Assembly (NCBI GenBank): GCA_963805085.1
Contig: CAWDTA010000002.1
Coordinates: 1,591,478 to 1,655,477, forward strand
Origin: an uncultured Veillonellaceae bacterium
GTDB lineage: Bacteria; Bacillota; Negativicutes; JARBTT01
DNA length: 64,000 nt
Direction: 5' to 3'
Shown: positions 61,097-64,000 of the stretch, piece by piece
How the letters are laid out: every line of letters begins with the position of its first letter
Numbering within the stretch: position 1 is the first letter of the stretch
Translations under genes and position numbers: made by a program
Notes under the pieces: model-generated
Database searches by the model: none
The model's input: the letters and a program-made list of their open reading frames with translations, nothing else
Told to the model about the DNA's origin: nothing

Positions 61097-61975
61097 ATGC
61101 AATTGGTACTCATTGGGTTTGGCGAAGCAGCCTATAATATCGCTATCGGGCTAAAATCAGAAGGATTAACGGATATTGGTGCTTACGATGTAAATGCAAC
61201 AAATCCTCAATTAGGTGAAATGATTCAAAAAAGAGCCAAAGAAGCTGACGTTAAGTTGTTTGATAGTTTAGAAAACGCTTATCAATCTGGCAAATTTATT
61301 GCATCTCTCACGAGTGCGAAAGTCGCAGTAAATGTAGCGGAATCCATTATTCCGCATCTGACGGAAAAACAAGTCTATGTCGATATGAATTCTGCTGCAC
61401 CTACGATAAAAGCAGATATTGCAAGAATTCCACATGCAGAGGGTGTTAAATTTTGTGATGCCGCTGTTATGGGTACAGTTCCTGGCAATAAACATAAAGT
61501 ACCTATGTTTTTGGCAGGAGAGGGTGCTAAAGATTTTGAAAGAGAATTTTCACAATATGGCATGAAATTAACCGTGTTGGATGCAGAAGCGGGCGGGGCT
61601 TCCGCAATTAAGATGTTCAAAAGCGTAGTCATGAAAGGGATCCCACAGCTTATGTTTGAATCCTTTGAAGCAGCGCAGAATTATGGTGTATTAGATACAC
61701 TGGTAAAGTCTCTTTCTAGCTCTATTAATGGTAAAACTGTGGAGCAATTAGCCGATAACTTTATTGCTCGTACAATGATTCATGCATCACGCCGTAGCGC
61801 AGAAATGAAAGATGTGGTAGCAACCTTGGAAAGCTTAGGGGTTGATGCCTCGATGTCAAAGGCGACTGTCCATAAATTAGACCATATGGCTGAGCAAAAC
61901 TGGGTAAATAAGCTCGGTGCAGGCGGCGATAAGATGGATTATAAAGAAGCGATGAAACATTTTATAGAACAATAA
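61097..61975 (+). CDS. NAD(P)-dependent oxidoreductase, 6-phosphogluconate-dehydrogenase-like with DUF1932-type C-terminus
   Basis: Rossmann N-terminus LVLIGFGEAAYNIA. AAGGGGGA RBS. Confidence 0.65.
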   Translation: MQLVLIGFGEAAYNIAIGLKSEGLTDIGAYDVNATNPQLGEMIQKRAKEADVKLFDSLENAYQSGKFIASLTSAKVAVNVAESIIPHLTEKQVYVDMNSAAPTIKADIARIPHAEGVKFCDAAVMGTVPGNKHKVPMFLAGEGAKDFEREFSQYGMKLTVLDAEAGGASAIKMFKSVVMKGIPQLMFESFEAAQNYGVLDTLVKSLSSSINGKTVEQLADNFIARTMIHASRRSAEMKDVVATLESLGVDASMSKATVHKLDHMAEQNWVNKLGAGGDKMDYKEAMKHFIEQ

Positions 61976-62001
61976 AATGATATAAAAAGGAGTGTTTTTT
62001 C

Positions 62002-62709
62002 ATGAGTAAAATTAACTATAACGAACTTCCTGAATTAATTCCACAGAATTTAATAGAGCGAGTAAAGAGATTGAGCCCGGCACAGCTCTGTGATGGCATG
62101 GAGAAACTAGGGATTGAACGTAATGGTTGTATGGATGCTAGTTTGATGCCTTTAGATAGCGATAAGATTTTGATCGGAACTGCCTGTACGGTGGATACGG
62201 AAGATGGTGATAATTTTCCGATTCATATTGCAATTTATCAAGGTAAGCCAGGATATGTATTGGTGGTTGCTGGAAAAGGATATACCGAAAGAACTTATAT
62301 GGGGGATTTGATGGGCGCTTCAGCAGAAGCAATCGGATTAAACGGGATTATCGTTGATGGATATGTGCGGGATAAAGTTGGATTATCACAGCTTTCTATT
62401 CCGATTTATGCCAAGGGGATTATGCAACGAAGCCCGTCAAAAAAAGGACCAGGTGAAATTAATACGGTTGTAACTTGTGCGGGGGTTAAAGTAAGTCCAG
62501 GCGATCTGATTTTGGGAGACGCGGATGGTGTTAGCGTTATTCCGCGTGAACGTATTGAGGAAGTGTTAGAAGCCGCTGAAAAGAAAGAGGCTTATGAAGT
62601 AAAACGTAGAGCAACTATAGCAGAATATGCTAAGTGTAGGAAAAATAATGAGCTTCTTCCGGAATTAGCTCCAGCGTGGGTAATAGAAATGATAAATAGC
62701 AATAAATAG
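62002..62709 (+). CDS. RraA-family protein (class II aldolase / oxaloacetate decarboxylase-like)
   Basis: ..LCDGMEKLG.., ..GDLMGASAEAIGLNGIIVDGYVRD.., ..GDLILGDADGVSVIP.. motifs of the RraA/HMG-aldolase family. Confidence 0.75.
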   Translation: MSKINYNELPELIPQNLIERVKRLSPAQLCDGMEKLGIERNGCMDASLMPLDSDKILIGTACTVDTEDGDNFPIHIAIYQGKPGYVLVVAGKGYTERTYMGDLMGASAEAIGLNGIIVDGYVRDKVGLSQLSIPIYAKGIMQRSPSKKGPGEINTVVTCAGVKVSPGDLILGDADGVSVIPRERIEEVLEAAEKKEAYEVKRRATIAEYAKCRKNNELLPELAPAWVIEMINSNK

Positions 62710-62772
62710 GTTGGATATGAAACCACTAGTTAGAAATTATAAAATATGATATGTGGCGAAGGAGAGAGTGAA

Positions 62773-64000
62773 ATGCTAACAATTTTAGGCTATTTATTGA
62801 TTATTGTATTTTTAGTGCTCGTTATAAAGAAAAAACTATCTCCATTTACCGGCTTAATCGTAGTATCGCTGACAGCGGCACTTCTTGCTTGTTTATTAAA
62901 TGGTATTCCTCTAGAAAAAATACTTATCTGGATTAGAGATGGATTATTCTATACCGTTGATACAAAAGGCAAGGTGAAGTTAGGCACAATTAATCCAACC
63001 ATCATGATATTGTTTGCCATTCTTTACTTCAGTCTTATGATGAATGTCGGATTATTTGATCCTCTTTGTACCTACCTGATAAGAAAAGCCAAAGGTGATC
63101 CGCTGAAAATTATTATGGTGACAGCCTTTACTGCATCTGTTGTTACCCTAGACGGAGATGGGACAACTACTATATTAATTATTACTGCAGCTTTTGTGCC
63201 TTTATTTAAACAAATGGGCTTAAAATTATCCAACTTGGCGATGCTGATTATTCTTCCCTGTGGATTAGGCAATTGCTTGCCCTGGGGCGGACCACTTGCA
63301 CGGGCAGCAGCAGTGCTCAATCTAGAAGTAAACGATTTATTTGTAGCTGTTTTACCAATTCTTGGCATATCGTTTATTTATGTGTTTATTGTAGCTTATA
63401 TGATGGGGAAAAAGGAGAGAAAAAGACTTGGTTATATTTCTGGGGGAAATACGGTAATTTCGCAAGACCAGATAGAAGAAATGGTGGCGGTTATCGAAAA
63501 TAATGATAAAGAGCTTAAGAGACCTAAACGCTTTTGGTTTAATCTTATACTGACAATAGTTATGCTGACAATTTTAATTTTAGGATGGGTTAGCGGCGCT
63601 ATCGTATTTTTGCTTGGTACAGGCATTGCTTTGGCCATTAACTATAATGATAAAGAACAGCGTGAGCGTATTACTGCAAACGGCGGTGATGCCATTGCCG
63701 TGACCTCAATCATTATTGCGGCAGGGTGTTTTTTAGGTATTTTAAATGGCAGCGGTATGGCGGCAGCCATTGCTAATCATATGGCGAGTTTAATACCGCC
63801 GTCTTTAGGCAGCCATACAGCTTTGATTTTCGCTTTTCTTGGGTCTTTTGCATGTTATGCTCTGCCTGTTGATGCTTATTATTTCGGCATACTGCCTGTT
63901 GTTGCTCCTATTGCCTATCAGTATGGCATAACGCCTACTGAAATTGGTATGGCATCCTTTATGGGGCAGGCCATTCGTTACGCAAGCCCGACAGTTGCGT
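62773..64000 (+). CDS. CitMHS-family (citrate-Mg2+/H+ symporter-like) transporter, 3'-truncated by the window end
   Basis: An open frame from ATG 62773 (GAAGGAGAGAG RBS) runs to the window edge and is not in the ORF track. Polytopic. ..VTLDGDGTTT.., ..LPWGGPLARAA.. motifs typical of CitMHS. Confidence 0.75.
   Translation, partial: MLTILGYLLIIVFLVLVIKKKLSPFTGLIVVSLTAALLACLLNGIPLEKILIWIRDGLFYTVDTKGKVKLGTINPTIMILFAILYFSLMMNVGLFDPLCTYLIRKAKGDPLKIIMVTAFTASVVTLDGDGTTTILIITAAFVPLFKQMGLKLSNLAMLIILPCGLGNCLPWGGPLARAAAVLNLEVNDLFVAVLPILGISFIYVFIVAYMMGKKERKRLGYISGGNTVISQDQIEEMVAVIENNDKELKRPKRFWFNLILTIVMLTILILGWVSGAIVFLLGTGIALAINYNDKEQRERITANGGDAIAVTSIIIAAGCFLGILNGSGMAAAIANHMASLIPPSLGSHTALIFAFLGSFACYALPVDAYYFGILPVVAPIAYQYGITPTEIGMASFMGQAIRYASPTVA

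Overview
This 64-kb window looks like chromosome from a spore-forming, diderm Firmicute (Negativicutes/Sporomusaceae-like). The evidence for that is an SLH-anchored OmpM-type porin ending in a C-terminal Phe, a GerA-type germinant receptor operon, a BclA-like collagen protein, a T-box leader and a sigma-54 regulon. No rRNA, tRNA or CRISPR array was seen. Housekeeping blocks are a lipoate/E3 module (6-3200), T-box-controlled ileS (15870-19249), and CCA-family and TrmO genes (56697-58686). Between the lpd terminator and the ileS T-box lies a visibly AT-rich, roughly 12.6-kb accessory segment. It carries a Y1 (IS200-like) transposase bounded by 25-nt inverted repeats, a small phosphatase gene, and a group II intron whose RT gene is broken by an A8 frameshift. 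Its most notable content is a complete lasso-peptide gene cluster. The 35-codon precursor is absent from the ORF track (7687-7794). It is followed by a cyclase, two ABC half-transporters, a PqqD-like RRE (B1) and a B2 protease. The predicted core is GWGMYGKKDMTNWYY, with a forced Gly1-Asp9 ring. Other notable content: a collagen-like spore-surface protein with an (ECCD)x6 cysteine array; a 236-bp MITE-like structured element splitting a terminator; a LicT/RAT-controlled beta-glucoside locus that includes an outer-membrane porin and periplasmic hydrolases; PTS and esterase gene remnants recording rearrangements; and a PrpR-like sigma-54 activator with a textbook -24/-12 promoter driving an oxidoreductase/RraA-aldolase/CitMHS operon. 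All functional calls come from motif recognition by eye. No database search was run.
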